Source of the DNA: Clostridia bacterium | GTDB lineage: Bacteria; Bacillota; Clostridia; HGM11514 | Reading direction: 5' to 3' | DNA: 63,073 bases | Assembly: GCA_034186235.1 (NCBI GenBank) | Contig: JAXGBA010000075.1 | Location: 1 to 63,073 of the forward strand | Shown: in pieces, positions 63,001 to 63,073 of the stretch | Position numbering within the stretch: position 1 is the stretch's first letter | Layout: each line of letters opens with the position of its first letter | Program-made: the position numbers and the translations under genes | Notes under the pieces: model-generated | The model's input: the letters and a program-made list of their open reading frames with translations, nothing else | Told to the model about the DNA's origin: nothing | The model's database searches: none

Positions 63001-63073
63001 TATCTCCAATCCGTTTACTGATATGGTTAATCATTGGGCGGCAGCTGATGTTCTCGCTATGAACAAGGCAGGC
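57080..63073 (+). CDS. Giant multidomain surface protein: Big_2-like, LamG-like, CE2-like esterase (beta-sandwich plus SGNH), right-handed beta-helix, cadherin-like domain and the start of an SLH domain. The 3' end lies outside the window. ABSENT from the supplied ORF track.
   Basis: AAGGAGG sits 8 nt before ATG 57080. I translated the frame by hand across all 1998 codons to the window edge and saw no stop. Signal peptide MKKFVSLLTVLAIAVTMLFSVSVSA. KLEFIGDSYTAGYG, FLGTNDY and SHPNEDEQ (SGNH). FYVSESGSDSNTGTLSQPFRTIGKAM plus beta-helix repeats (ITFRGITFTE, ITFDGCTVS, VTNCTFKNG, VSHCEFKN, EYNSFTN). PGGAGGGGTT linker. Ends FTDMVNHWAAADVLAMNKAG (SLH start). The track lists no frame-2 plus-strand ORF anywhere in this 6 kb, consistent with one unterminated ORF having been dropped. 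Confidence 0.85.
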   Translation, partial: MKKFVSLLTVLAIAVTMLFSVSVSADGSSERIDLSGTQTLYSSADGSWSSGKIVARDENGNEITEGLSYFSSYDFVLTVSADGTVTPHHEGCAIVTVTKENPDKTTVSAKIAISITGKPKLNSTFESGNDLKLNFSRSGNHCVNPSVNSANKSINIQTQSWTKNDTYKRFFVEAWFYDDGVISENAEIGAAVNFNAWGAWDAKGWGNVTVGVLDKSSEYYGYKNIQGQRTTAQFTPSMREHTAFLDGTAYASLYGGEVKWPYAKPEAYIERSKGWHQIAILANTNTENQNAVKYYLDGVELFTDNFPSHVQTAILYAAEGAYYDDVVLSTYTDTDFENTGTALSKPQIYGSASVEGTLRARAAAEAPYEFFKTAVVSGDTVSTSGAWLNSSKVWGTANYITPSFAWDGDITYEWETSSDGKSWSKAAGGAEYTVSADDEGKLIRAKASIGESVSYSDIKRVDGAAIYSIGSDTVRFLGRGENTGSGRSMNFPLAGLEFEFSGCGAQMRIAGFEGSAPAYVNITVDGRTERKAVEQNGWITLCDGLDKGKHTVSAVRSDEPGAYIYADALKTDASAPAPTAGKVRKLEFIGDSYTAGYGLGGSVSDASKSFAAVTAGTLDADINVIASSGKGLYKNLPGFASKKTMAENYDYAELWKNGVSKWDFNSYVPQVVTVFLGTNDYFADEGASADGFSAAYSAFIKKIRAKYPNASIICCAKNEGCYRQQIEDAVSKSNDPKVFYLNFGDLGESGLNSHPNEDEQKILADKLAEKINSIENVWLTEKEVNITLEIGGGGKLTDGGKEISGSFKAYVGGKKVLTLVPDDGHIAGSAELDGKKLEITDNKITLPEDIKEGSVLKITFKRDFSENGVVFYVSESGSDSNTGTLSQPFRTIGKAMEAVRTVDKAAAKSITVYIRGGKYKVNSTLAFTAEDGGTENCPITYRNYGDENVQITGGVHFGLDKFSAVEGEMKDILRSPEAKEKVLVADFDDLGIGEMTEYKIKDNQSVLEAPIVTWNGKDMTLARFPNSEVNTDWLSARWNKGANDGTDGGNGKVTAEQKAFKLKYNSDIPDSWTFGLDHIMAQGFFYHYWYAPIRYVTLNDGLMIARENTNTAASGVAPNTDNPFRFMNVYQEIDMPGEWYIDIENRKMYLWPLDNSENPDIAVTDSACTLVTLTNTGNITFRGITFTETYGMGLHLSSADNITFDGCTVSATGRYGMRMDDVTNCTFKNGDFKYCGIGGIYLVTGGNYKTLESGNNLITNSVFDNCSFTKETYAPGVALNGVGNVVSHCEFKNFSHSAMTFGGCLNVMEYNSFTNSCINGTDSGVIYTGRNLSEHGNIIRYNHFYGIGNDQEGRNYFPCCVFTDDGSSDLSIYGNVFGPDLRNVEVFKSHGGQCDDMYDNIIIDATRVYYMCDWSDENWRFVVTENYGSSDWQNKEVYFGTFRQIYDNPLYWERWPWIKDAYEHPEAVEYQSNTISGNMIIYIDKAPQYANGSCWNIRGMDGHYPKKLDTNTIIRRGNTGMFKDYANGNFNLSDDMYAKYKDFPYIDFDAIGRYGVENSAPTADNVKITGTAAVGSSIQGSYTYEDYESDNEGKTVTEFLAADRIDGIYEKIADGKTLTITEGLKGKYIKFSVTPVDFSGARGEAALSAPVYVEETEGDLSKLKAELKSIAESAPAGTHLGAWNDADIAEFNNFVESSDDSSVLLAAYENFMKKRITSVSASGVLKVEPGLSFAEINVGELSKTGLKLSGTDIPQLKISGTIDGNVFLMYVPAQKISGDLLVISRADNDETVYGDVMFSLNIGVESELEIPSFIGKTFVFGEYEKTIGSGRMRAEKAGLYSVASLYKKSSDTSLSELFVNDRAINIIKGKTEYQATVKAGTGAIVSAKAANAYAKVEITQAGSLPGKAIVKVIAQDGTEAVYTVAISEIKSPSDDNGDEPSVTPGGAGGGGTTTRPSANKGTNGFYSGETTNPSISNPFTDMVNHWAAADVLAMNKAG

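Noticed and set aside
1-63073. Scan for CRISPR arrays, rRNA or tRNA genes, transposases, integrases, phage genes and known defence-system signatures (reverse transcriptases, restriction-modification enzymes, abortive-infection type ATPases or nucleases)
   Set aside because: None found. All tandem repetition seen is protein-coding (LRR units, 11-mer lipoprotein repeats, Ig-like modules) or the duplicated terminator at 26361 and 26587.

Overview
This looks like a chromosomal segment from an endospore-forming Firmicute (Clostridia-like gene content, moderate GC by eye). It mixes core loci with accessory cell-surface genes. Sporulation and core genes: pro-sigK, sigH, two tandem spo0A genes, spoIVB, yabP-yabQ-divIC, two murA paralogues, rlmH, a yycJ-like MBL hydrolase, asnB, metY, a TIGR01440-mnmM-hflX-yigZ operon, rny and rpmG-secE-nusG-rplK-rplA. 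Accessory genes: three paralogous giant right-handed beta-helix proteins (two run off the window edges, and the 3' one is missing from the ORF track), SGNH esterases, a BspA-type LRR protein, a GHL6-like hydrolase, a GH88 pseudogene and several secreted proteins of unknown function. I found no rRNA or tRNA genes, CRISPR arrays, transposases, integrases or recognisable defence genes. Best candidate for something undescribed: a co-transcribed spo0A pair in which the upstream copy keeps the 0A-box-reading domain but has lost the phospho-acceptor Asp (D to N). Next: a promoter-to-terminator structured RNA candidate flanked by duplicated UUCG terminators between spoIVB and an orphan DinJ-like antitoxin; a long structured leader on rny; and a synteny break after rplA filled by a small family of secreted paralogues. 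Small features were placed by hand and anchored to ORF boundaries, so they may be off by 1-2 nt.
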